DNA of 64,000 nt. Origin: an uncultured candidate division Zixibacteria bacterium (GTDB lineage: Bacteria; Zixibacteria; MSB-5A5; GN15; PGXB01). Of this stretch, positions 47,701 through 56,771 are shown piece by piece. Location: positions 832,001 through 896,000 of the forward strand of contig OY969724.1 of the NCBI GenBank assembly GCA_963702205.1, read 5' to 3'. The notes below the pieces were generated by a model. That model worked only from the letters and a program-made list of their open reading frames with translations, was not told the DNA's origin and made no database searches. How positions within the stretch are numbered: position 1 is the first letter of the stretch; every line of letters begins with the position of its first letter. The position numbers and the translations under genes are program-made.

Positions 47701-49566
47701 TTATTCCCGTTCCGATTGTTGCGGAATTCCCTCGTTTTCAAGTGCGGCCTTATGATTTTCATAGTCTAATGCCTTTTCGATGCCGAACCCGAACAGTTCC
47801 GGATTCTGGTAAAGGCCTTGTTTGTCGCCGGTTTTGAGTGACTCGACTTCAATCGCTTTCGCTTTGGCGAAGGCATCTTTGCGAACCCCTGTCACCTGCC
47901 ACGAAACTTCCATGAACGGTTTGCCTCCCGCGATTATAAAGCTGTTAGTCTCGATTTTTTTGGCTACATAAAGTCCGGGCATCGACGCGCCAATCGGCGT
48001 CAGCTGGTAGCGATAATTATCGTTGAGGGCATCGAAGTACGAGGGGAGTTTGACGACCGCCTCGCCGTTGGCGTCGAGTTCGATGTTGCCGTTATAAATG
48101 TTCATCATATCGGGTGAGGAAACATCGGAATGCGATAGGTACATATTCGCGGGATCGACCGGGTGATCAATCGTATATCCCCCGGCGGCCTTGGTATTGG
48201 TGCCGGTGGCATGAAGGTTGCCGTAGAAATATCCGCCGTAATTGCCTGTTGAACTATTGCATGTGGCATAGATGCCATATTTTTCCGTAGCGTTGTAAGC
48301 AACCGCATAAACCCCGTACGCGCTCGCTCCCTGATAAGCAGCACTATATAAACCATAGGAAATTCCAGTAGTTATGGAGGTTACGGTTGACGCCTGTGCA
48401 GCCAGGCCATATCGATAGGGTCCATTCGTGATTGCATTGAAGTTGCCAGCGCAACATAACGCCCCGGCCGCCGCCGTAGAATTCATTGCACTGGTGCTAA
48501 TACCGTACAATTGGCCGGCGCTGGAATTGGTCAAGACAACATTAATTCCGTTTTTTGACTCTGCCGTATTATAATTTCTTTCAATACGAAATAGATCCTG
48601 ACTAAGAATAGGTTGATTATCGCCTATTCTAATGCCCTCATTTGTGACCAGAAGAGTGCTGTCATTAAACCGGGTTGTCCCGGTAAAGGTTTTGTTTCCA
48701 TTAATCGTCTGACTACTGCTCAAATTTACGGCAGTGCCCTGTATTTTGCTTACGCCGATATCAGCCGTCGCACTGACGTCTGCATCAGCAATTGTCCCGT
48801 TGGCAATATCATTTGTTGTTATAGTGGCATCGGCGATTTTGTCCGAAGTCACTCCATTACTTGCAATAGCCAGTGTCACCGAACCCGACGTTCCTCCTCC
48901 TGTCAGCCCGCCGGTGGCATTGACCGCGGTAATATCACCGGTTCCGGTCTGATCGTCGGCCAACTGCCAATCCGAGCCGTCCCACTTGATAATCTGATTG
49001 GCCGCCGAGCCCGGTTCCAACTCCTGCAAGCCGATCGTCATATCTTCAATATTGTCACCGGTGATTTCCTCATAGCCGATATCTTCGGCCGTAATCGTGT
49101 GCGGCTGGATGTGCGAGGAATTGACGGCATTGACGTCGATTTCGGTCGAGGTGATACAGCCCATGCACTCAAGCGACCGGGCGATATCGGCGCTGCCGCT
49201 TTGCATGGCAAAGGCGGTGGAACCGAGTTTGGTTCTCGGACTTATTTCAGGATCGGCGCCGACCGTAACCCCGAGGTACCGGGTTGAATCATCGAAAAGA
49301 CCGCTTGGCCAATTAATCATCGAACCAAGCTGGTAGTTGAACAAGCCGCCCGTTACGGTTACAGCTTGAAAACCTGACGACCAGAGAGAATCGTCGCCGC
49401 TTTCAGAACCAAAGATTTTGAATTTGAGAAAATAGGTGTTGTCCGCGACCGGAATACCATCGGTGCCGGTCAACCGGCCCTGATAGTTGATTAGCCGCGG
49501 AACCTCGGCCGTGACCGATATGGCCAGGACCATTAACCCCAAGAGCAGAATACAGATGCGACACAT
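47701..49566 (-). CDS. Secreted fibre-like protein (paralog of 16060..18018)
   Basis: LINYQGRLT; N- and C-terminal regions nearly identical to 16060..18018. Confidence 0.82.
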   Translation of the reverse strand: MCRICILLLGLMVLAISVTAEVPRLINYQGRLTGTDGIPVADNTYFLKFKIFGSESGDDSLWSSGFQAVTVTGGLFNYQLGSMINWPSGLFDDSTRYLGVTVGADPEISPRTKLGSTAFAMQSGSADIARSLECMGCITSTEIDVNAVNSSHIQPHTITAEDIGYEEITGDNIEDMTIGLQELEPGSAANQIIKWDGSDWQLADDQTGTGDITAVNATGGLTGGGTSGSVTLAIASNGVTSDKIADATITTNDIANGTIADADVSATADIGVSKIQGTAVNLSSSQTINGNKTFTGTTRFNDSTLLVTNEGIRIGDNQPILSQDLFRIERNYNTAESKNGINVVLTNSSAGQLYGISTSAMNSTAAAGALCCAGNFNAITNGPYRYGLAAQASTVTSITTGISYGLYSAAYQGASAYGVYAVAYNATEKYGIYATCNSSTGNYGGYFYGNLHATGTNTKAAGGYTIDHPVDPANMYLSHSDVSSPDMMNIYNGNIELDANGEAVVKLPSYFDALNDNYRYQLTPIGASMPGLYVAKKIETNSFIIAGGKPFMEVSWQVTGVRKDAFAKAKAIEVESLKTGDKQGLYQNPELFGFGIEKALDYENHKAALENEGIPQQSERE

Positions 49567-49769
49567 AGCGTTCCTCCAGAAGTTATCAAAACAATAATAT
49601 AATTGTAAGAAACAGCGCAGATCGGAATTACTCCTGGTCCATATCCGGAAACCTGATAAAAAGGCCGAATATCCGTGTGAGACCTGGCTTAATATAGCGA
49701 ATTCGCCGATTTTGGCAAGATGTAAGATGCGGCTAAAGCCGCGTGATTACTGCATTTGAGTCATACGGC

Positions 49770-49794
49770 AAAAGGCCCGTCATACGGGCCTTTT
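49770..49794 (-). terminator. Rho-independent terminator (bidirectional type)
   Basis: aaaaggcccgt-cat-acgggcctttt. Confidence 0.75.
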
Positions 49795-49837
49795 AACTGA
49801 CACTTCCATCGTAGTATTTTTCTATCCGTTCGGAATC

Positions 49838-50467
49838 TCAACTTAACAACTGGGCGAACAATATCGAAGACATCTCTATCTCTTTGTTGCTGGTTCCGCG
49901 TTTGGCCTTAACCAGCATCTCATCGTCGAAATAGAGCGAAATATCGCGGACCTTCAACTCGGATTCCTCCACGTCATCCCGTATTTTGAGATAGGCCTGT
50001 TTGTTGAATCGTATGGCCATTTGTATGATCAGGCTGGTCAGGGCCGTGGATGTATCCTCGGCGGCTTTGCTGCCGTCAGCTTTAATCGTATTCTGGGCCG
50101 TAACCGACTGCCATACTTCTTCAAAATCAAAATTCTGGCTGACGGCGATTTTGGTTACCAGTGAGTTAATGGCCGCCCGGTACTTATCGTTGGTGCTGTC
50201 GGACAGAAGCTTGAGTCCCGATAGAAGCAGAATCGCCTCATTCAAATTCAGATCGGACAACTTGACCAGCAAGTTCGTAAGCAGTCGGTATCCTTTAAGT
50301 TTGCGGTCATAATATACCGGCACACCGGCCCGCGAAAGTCGTTCGATATGACGAAACGCAGTGCGCTCGGATATATGGAACTTCTCGGTTATGTCTTCAA
50401 TACTGACAGAAACGCGGGAATGCAACATGGTCAACAGGTTGATTAGGTCTTTTATGGTTTGGGCCAT
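49838..50467 (-). CDS. HTH_11/YafY-type regulator with degenerate WYL-like C-terminus
   Basis: FHISERTAFRHIERLSRAGVPVYY..GYRL, LNLNEA..L; no canonical WYL signature. Confidence 0.75.
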   Translation of the reverse strand: MAQTIKDLINLLTMLHSRVSVSIEDITEKFHISERTAFRHIERLSRAGVPVYYDRKLKGYRLLTNLLVKLSDLNLNEAILLLSGLKLLSDSTNDKYRAAINSLVTKIAVSQNFDFEEVWQSVTAQNTIKADGSKAAEDTSTALTSLIIQMAIRFNKQAYLKIRDDVEESELKVRDISLYFDDEMLVKAKRGTSNKEIEMSSILFAQLLS

Positions 50468-50499
50468 TCCCACCCCTCGTAATAAGTTAATCTTCATAA

Positions 50500-50754
50500 T
50501 TAATATATGGTCATATCCATGATCAACAATATTAAATCCAGTGTCAATGGCGAGTTAGTTCCGGAATCGAAGCTGCTGGCCCCTCCTGTAGTATCACCGC
50601 TGCCGGCAGGGATCGTGTCAGGCGGAAGGGGGCCCGAACCGGAACCATCTGCGATCGCCGGGGTCGGCCCCGACAACATTATCATGCATGTGAAAGCCAA
50701 AGTTGCCAGCAGGGTGTACGCCAGCAAATTGCGGGACTTGTTGAGTGTACGCAT
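50500..50754 (-). CDS. 84-aa secreted peptide
   Basis: RBS GGAGAGGT; signal peptide ending AIA; G/S/P/T-rich middle; hydrophobic tail LTLDLILLIMDMTIY. Confidence 0.65.
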   Translation of the reverse strand: MRTLNKSRNLLAYTLLATLAFTCMIMLSGPTPAIADGSGSGPLPPDTIPAGSGDTTGGASSFDSGTNSPLTLDLILLIMDMTIY

Positions 50755-51007
50755 CTTTTCACCTCTCCGATTTTTAGGGTTTTGATTACAACGAAGAGGT
50801 AATCAGATTACATACCGAATGTCCGCATTATGCCGGACGGGCAGTAATGTGCATTAAGGCAATAACTTGCGCACCAATTGAGTCAACGTGATGTTTTGGA
50901 TATTTCATTTTTATTTCAGCAATATTTCATTGAATTCCTAATCCGATGGTACATGACGCATTAAGAAATACCTGAAATGAAATAAAAGTGAAATGTGAAA
51001 TATCAGG

Positions 51008-54000
51008 CTAATTTCTCGGACGTTTTATGCCGTATTTTTTCATGCGACGGTGCAAAGTCGCGGGTGACATATTCAACTCTTTGGATGCCAGAAACTGATT
51101 CCAGTTATATTTTATCAAGGCCTCGGTTATTCTCGCTTTCTCCTGTTTTTCGGCAAGGTATTTCGGCTCGGATGTATCGAATGCATTCGGTGCAAAATCG
51201 GCGATTCCGGGAGGGAGCATCGTGCTCGTAATTAGTTCTCCGTGATAGCGAATGTGGTATGTATCAATCTGGTTTTTAAGTTCCCGGACGTTCCCCGGCC
51301 AGTCGTATCGAATAAGTTTGGTCATGGCATCCTGGGTGAATCGAATAGGTTTGGATCGGGTACCGGTCAGATTTTTCACGAAATGTTCAATCAAAACGGG
51401 GATATCATCCCGGCGTTCGCGCAGAGGCGGAATTTTAAACCTGATTTGATTTATTCGGTAAAACAGATCTTTTCTGAATTCGCCCTCGGCAACCATCTGT
51501 TCCAGATCTCTATTGGTGGCGAATACGAATCTAATATCGGCGTAAAGGACCTTGCTGCTTGAGACCTTTTGATATTCCTGGTATTCTATGGCTCTCAGGA
51601 TTTTAGCCTGTATATGCAGCGGCATGTCGGCGATTTCGTCTAAAAACAAGGTGCCGCCGTCGGCCAGGGCAAAGACGCCATCGCGGCCTCCGACGGCGGT
51701 CGCGACGCCGCTCTCGATTCCGAAAAGTTGCGATTCGGCAAGACCATGATTGATAGTCGGGCAGTTAAGTATCAAAAACGGCATTTTCGTCCGGGAGCTT
51801 GATTCGTGAACCATTCTGGCCAGTATCTCCTTGCCTGTCCCCGATTCTCCTTCCAGAAGGACGCTTAAATTGCTCGGAGCGATCCGTTTCAATTCCTTCA
51901 ATAAATTCAGGGCGGTGGCGTTTACCGTTATAAATTTCCGTCCTGCCCCGGCGCGCTGCAGTTCTTCCATCAATTGCAGTTTGTCGGCCCGCGTCTTTTT
52001 CAGGTCCCATATTTTGGTTATGGAAATGGAAATAAAATTGGCGACGGCCTTGATATAAATCAGGTCTTTTTCCTCGAATAACGCCGGGATCGTATGGTGA
52101 TCCAGGTACAGGACGCCGTTGATTCTCTCACCGCCGGGAATCTGCACGCACAGCACAGACAGGATATTATTGGTGATTATGCTCTTGTGGGACTTGGTCC
52201 GGTCGTCCGTCTGAGCGTCCCTGATTATTATGGGTTCCGATCCTTTGAGGGCCGATGATATGACATTGTTGCTGACTTCTCGAATATCGCTGAGGCTTTC
52301 TGCGTCGCAGTCTATTTCAGCCTTAACCTGATACTTCTGCGCATTATAATCCCAGAGGAGCAACACCCCTCGTTCGGCCCCGGTTAATTCTATCCCCAGC
52401 CTGACCAGATTTTCCAGTGCTTCTTCGATGTCATCCATGCTTTGCATGACTTCGGATATGCGATGCATGGCGTGGAGCAGTTTTTCATCGGCTCGGTCGA
52501 GCTTCGATGTCTTTTCGTGCTCGGTCTTTAATTCTTTTTCAAGACGATCATGGCCGATATCCTGAGCGATTATGAAAGCCTGTTGAAGGAACCTCGCGGT
52601 CAGTTTGTGGTCTTTGATTTCTCCGTATTTTTCGGCGATCTTCATGCACGTCAGCAGCGCCCAATAGTACTGACCGGCCTTGTACAGAATCCGATATACT
52701 TTTTTGAATGACGCCAGGGTCTTTGGATTGTCACGTGATTCGTCCTTTATGTCGGAAATTAATATATCGATCGCATTAAATATCGGAACCTCGTGCTGGC
52801 TTTGGATCAGTTTCAGCCAGTCGCTGTTTTCGATTTCGTCGATCAGGTCAACGGCATCGTCATCGATCAGTACGTTAAACATGCACACGGCTGCATCATA
52901 TACGGAATTACACGCAACAAGTTCTTTATACAGCGACTTAAGGCTGTCCCGGCGGTCCGGCCCGTTTTCGTTAAGCGCTTCAATCAAGCTCAATTCGAGC
53001 AAGCTTGTCTTTTCCTGAAAATCCGCGAAGGCATCGCGGGCCATACGGCAGGACTTGCGGCATCGCTCCGCATCTCCCCGATACATATGTATCCAGGCTA
53101 TATTGGTATACACACTTCCCCTGAAGCGGTCGTTTTCGTTTTTGCCGTAGAAGTCCAGAACGTTCCAAAGATCAAGCATGGCCGGTTCGTACAAGCCTCG
53201 GTTGAGTAAAAGGTACCCCATGGCGGAGTAGAACTCTCTATAGGCGACATTTTCGCCGCTCGATCCATAGGCGTAAATGAAATTATTCAATTCGGAACCG
53301 GCATTTTTAAAATCGCAGAAGCGGGTATATGAATTCGAGAGCACCGAATGAACGCCGGCCGTCTTTTGAGCATCATGGCCGGCTTCACTAAGGGCCGTGG
53401 CTTCACGGCCGTACTTGATAGATTTTCGATATTCGCCCATTTTATGATACAGCAGCGCGATGTTGATCAGACCGACAAGATGCGTCGCGCCGTCGTCTTC
53501 GGGTTTGCATGTATCAAGAGCTTTGAGATATTGAGTTTCCGCTTCCCGGTAACGATCCCGGGAATTTTCGAAATTACCCAGAGCTATATGGGTTCTGGCT
53601 TGTTCCACGACGCTTCCGGCCGCCTGAGCGCGTTCAGCGATAGCATTGAGATCTTCCAGGGCTTTGTCACGGTCGCCTTCGACAAAAAGCAGATGGGCTC
53701 GATTTCGGCCCAATCTGAATTCGTATTCCGTCTTGTTCAGCCGTTGCGCTTCTTCTATGGCTTTGTCGGCATAGGCGGCGGCAGAACTCAAGGCGCCGCT
53801 TTTTATGGACAGCCGGACAATATCGTGCATTATTTCCAGGCGGCGCTCAGATGAAAATTCGGGGATAGCAAACGCTTTAAGAGAATACTCGGCGGCTCCG
53901 GTGAAACGTCCGTTGACGTCGAGAATATCGATCAGCCTGCGGTATATTTCGGATAAATTATCAGTTGTGATGGATTTCATCTCACTTATGCGGTCAATAG

Positions 54001-55192
54001 CGTCCTCGACAAGAAGACTGGCTTTCAGGTTGTGGCGGCGGGACGCGAAGTCATCAAGTTGAGCGAAGACGTCCTTGAGGTCGGCGTCGGTCAAGTCGTC
54101 CTTTACTTTGAGTTCGTCTTTATCGATGCCCCGGATTCGATTCAAATGCACAAACAAACCGCGATATTGTTCATCGGTAATTTTAACCTGCCAGAACACG
54201 CCGAAACGTGCCAGGCTCGCTTCTTCGAGCAGCCGCGCGACAATTCTCAGACCATCAATAAATCGTGAACGCGGAATGTTTGACAGGTCGTCGAGAAAAT
54301 CAAAGCAAATTCCGAAAACATTGTTTTCTTTTATAATGAAATCGTTCAGACTGAGTTTCCCCCTGACTATTTTGGGGCCCAATTCGCGCAACCTGTTTTT
54401 CAACTGAAGCGTCATGACTTCGGTCAACGCCTTTTTATAGGCGGAATCGTCGATGAAGCCGTGTTTATGCAGGGCGTCGAGAATGTACTGAGGGCGAGTC
54501 AGATGGCTCTCACGAGTCATTTCGTCGATGAGGCTCATAAAATCGGCGGGAATGCCGTTGCCTTGCCCGGCGCTTGATTTCTCCAGCTGATTTCTTAGCG
54601 ATATTCCCAGAGAGTAAATGTCGGATTTGGCCAGAATAATGTCGTTTTTTAAAATCTCGGGGGCAATATGGCCGGGCGTTCCGAAAATCTTATGTCGGGG
54701 GGGACAATCTGATTTCTGAAGAAACTCGAGATCAATCAATTTTAGATCAAATCCGTTCCGGCCGGTTCGTGACAGGAAATTCTCAAGCTTCAGGTCGCCA
54801 TGAACATACCCCATCATATGTATAAAATCAACGATGACAGCAATGGAAGTCATGATTATAATCAGGCCCGGAAAATCGGCCGCCCGCAGATTCCGGTCGA
54901 GCGGGGTCCATGATGATGAATCAAGATATGGATATTCGATGAAAATGTGGTTTTGTTCGAGTCTGATCCTGTTGGCGGTCAATATATTATGATATTTGAG
55001 ATATTTCTGCCTGGTAAATGAATCACTGAGGATGCTTTTTATTTCCTCGGAGTCAAGGTCGCTGTCGGGATTTGATGCTTTGATAAACACCTTGCGGTTC
55101 AAAGGCTTGTCGGTCGCAGCCCAGGATTGGCATAGGGCATTGACGGATAACAGCCGATCGAAAATGTAGCAGTTCGACTTTAAAGAAACCAA
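51008..55192 (-). CDS. Ser/Thr kinase-like plus TPR plus GAF plus sigma54 AAA+ plus HTH activator
   Basis: VHGDLKLEN, GTPGHIAPE; helical repeats; GAERG..SVLCV..GVLYLDH (GAF); GESGTGKE, LDEIADM, WPGNVRELKN. Confidence 0.9.
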   Translation of the reverse strand: MVSLKSNCYIFDRLLSVNALCQSWAATDKPLNRKVFIKASNPDSDLDSEEIKSILSDSFTRQKYLKYHNILTANRIRLEQNHIFIEYPYLDSSSWTPLDRNLRAADFPGLIIIMTSIAVIVDFIHMMGYVHGDLKLENFLSRTGRNGFDLKLIDLEFLQKSDCPPRHKIFGTPGHIAPEILKNDIILAKSDIYSLGISLRNQLEKSSAGQGNGIPADFMSLIDEMTRESHLTRPQYILDALHKHGFIDDSAYKKALTEVMTLQLKNRLRELGPKIVRGKLSLNDFIIKENNVFGICFDFLDDLSNIPRSRFIDGLRIVARLLEEASLARFGVFWQVKITDEQYRGLFVHLNRIRGIDKDELKVKDDLTDADLKDVFAQLDDFASRRHNLKASLLVEDAIDRISEMKSITTDNLSEIYRRLIDILDVNGRFTGAAEYSLKAFAIPEFSSERRLEIMHDIVRLSIKSGALSSAAAYADKAIEEAQRLNKTEYEFRLGRNRAHLLFVEGDRDKALEDLNAIAERAQAAGSVVEQARTHIALGNFENSRDRYREAETQYLKALDTCKPEDDGATHLVGLINIALLYHKMGEYRKSIKYGREATALSEAGHDAQKTAGVHSVLSNSYTRFCDFKNAGSELNNFIYAYGSSGENVAYREFYSAMGYLLLNRGLYEPAMLDLWNVLDFYGKNENDRFRGSVYTNIAWIHMYRGDAERCRKSCRMARDAFADFQEKTSLLELSLIEALNENGPDRRDSLKSLYKELVACNSVYDAAVCMFNVLIDDDAVDLIDEIENSDWLKLIQSQHEVPIFNAIDILISDIKDESRDNPKTLASFKKVYRILYKAGQYYWALLTCMKIAEKYGEIKDHKLTARFLQQAFIIAQDIGHDRLEKELKTEHEKTSKLDRADEKLLHAMHRISEVMQSMDDIEEALENLVRLGIELTGAERGVLLLWDYNAQKYQVKAEIDCDAESLSDIREVSNNVISSALKGSEPIIIRDAQTDDRTKSHKSIITNNILSVLCVQIPGGERINGVLYLDHHTIPALFEEKDLIYIKAVANFISISITKIWDLKKTRADKLQLMEELQRAGAGRKFITVNATALNLLKELKRIAPSNLSVLLEGESGTGKEILARMVHESSSRTKMPFLILNCPTINHGLAESQLFGIESGVATAVGGRDGVFALADGGTLFLDEIADMPLHIQAKILRAIEYQEYQKVSSSKVLYADIRFVFATNRDLEQMVAEGEFRKDLFYRINQIRFKIPPLRERRDDIPVLIEHFVKNLTGTRSKPIRFTQDAMTKLIRYDWPGNVRELKNQIDTYHIRYHGELITSTMLPPGIADFAPNAFDTSEPKYLAEKQEKARITEALIKYNWNQFLASKELNMSPATLHRRMKKYGIKRPRN

Positions 55193-55320
55193 TTGTTGAA
55201 CCCTCGTATGGATAGCAATTAGATTCGCCCCTAAACAAAACCGTATTGCTCCTATACATTATATAGGTCGCTTGCCGAAATTGCAACGAAAATGTGAAAA
55301 TGTGAAATATCGACGAATCA

Positions 55321-55360
55321 ACTGTCAGAAATTGTCATAAATTGCCAGCATCGGTCAAGA
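55321..55360. promoter_or_regulatory. Four phased 10-bp direct repeats with TGTCA-like core; candidate operator
   Basis: actgtcagaa attgtcataa attgccagca tcggtcaaga in a divergent intergenic region. Confidence 0.5.
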
Positions 55361-55688
55361 TCGCGAAAATTTGTGAAATGATTCGAGTTTATTAATACAT
55401 CAATCGACTATTATGCAAAGTCCGCCCAAAACTGCATTTTTGCTCTGGGCGGACTTTTTCAATGTGATTCTAATATTTATCGTCTATTTCAGCAGAAGCA
55501 TCTTTCGGGTTTCGTTGTGCCGGGTCGTTATCACCCGGTAGAAATAAATTCCGCTGGACATCTCCCGGCCGCCGGGAAGTTTGTCTTTTACCATAATTTT
55601 TCCATTTTAATGCCGGTCCCGCCGTATTATGTTATTAATCTCGATTATGGATTTTTTAGGTCTATTATAATGCTTATTGCGGACCGGT

Positions 55689-56771
55689 ATGACAACCAAT
55701 AGCAAAGACATACGCCGAAAATCGGAACACCTCGATGTGGTCCTGAACCAGGACGTCGGCTTTCGACAGGGGGCGTTGCTCGATGACGTCAGACTGCTCC
55801 ACGATGCGCTCTGTCTTTTGAAATTCGACGAACTGGATACGGCCTCAACGTTTTTCGGAAAGACGCTGGCCGCGCCGTTTATGATAACCAGCATGACCGG
55901 CGGCGGGGACCTTTCCGGAGATATCAATACCGGTCTGGCCCGGGCGGCGGCCGCCAAAGGGATCGCCTTTGCGGTCGGCAGTCAGCGCGTTATGCTCAAG
56001 CACCCCGAGACGACCCAGCATTTCGACGTGCGCCGTCATATCCCCGACGGAGTTCTTCTCGGGAATATCGGGGTTACCCTGCTCGATCAATATCCTCTCG
56101 AAAAAATAGTCGATCTCGTGGAGCTTATCGAGGCCGACGGTTTGTGCATACATTTAAATCCGGCCCAGGAAATGATTCAGGAGCGCGGCGAACGGGATTT
56201 CTCGAACGCGCTGGTCAATATCGCCCGTCTAATGGAGCGCCTCGACGGCCGCGTTTTGGTCAAAGAAACCGGGTCGGGCCTTTCACCGAGGGTGCTCGAA
56301 AAACTGGCTTCAGTCGGTGTTCGGTATATCGACGTGGCCGGGGCCGGAGGGACGTCGTGGACCAAAGTCGAGTCGCTTCGGGTGCGGCCGGAAATTTTAA
56401 GGCGTACCGGTCAGGTTTATGACGACTGGGGTCTTCCCACCGCGGTATGTGTCCACAGCGCCCGATTGATAATGCCCGCCGTAACACAGGTGATAGCTTC
56501 AGGGGGCATCAGAAACGGTCTGGACGGCGCGCGCGCCATCGCGCTCGGAGCCGATCTGGCCGGGTTTGCTCGACCGGTTCTGACGGCTTTCATGGCCGGA
56601 GGTGAAGAAGCGGCCGGGCGGTTTATCGAAAGTATGATTTACGAATTGAAGACGGCCATGATGCTGACCGGCTGCCGGGACATCGCGGCTTTGAAAAAAA
56701 CACCGCACGTCCTGACCGGCAGTCTGCGGGAATGGATCAAAGGTCTCGATTCAGTACAAAAGGAATTGTGA
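55689..56771 (+). CDS. fni: Type 2 isopentenyl-diphosphate isomerase
   Basis: RKSEH, SMTGG, VGSQR, HLNPAQE, VKETGSG, GAGGTSW, ASGGIRNG. Confidence 0.95.
   Translation: MTTNSKDIRRKSEHLDVVLNQDVGFRQGALLDDVRLLHDALCLLKFDELDTASTFFGKTLAAPFMITSMTGGGDLSGDINTGLARAAAAKGIAFAVGSQRVMLKHPETTQHFDVRRHIPDGVLLGNIGVTLLDQYPLEKIVDLVELIEADGLCIHLNPAQEMIQERGERDFSNALVNIARLMERLDGRVLVKETGSGLSPRVLEKLASVGVRYIDVAGAGGTSWTKVESLRVRPEILRRTGQVYDDWGLPTAVCVHSARLIMPAVTQVIASGGIRNGLDGARAIALGADLAGFARPVLTAFMAGGEEAAGRFIESMIYELKTAMMLTGCRDIAALKKTPHVLTGSLREWIKGLDSVQKEL

Noticed and set aside
50855..50880. Sigma54 promoter for the 84-aa peptide gene
   Set aside because: TGGTGCGCAAGTTATTGC has 13 bases between GG and GC instead of 10
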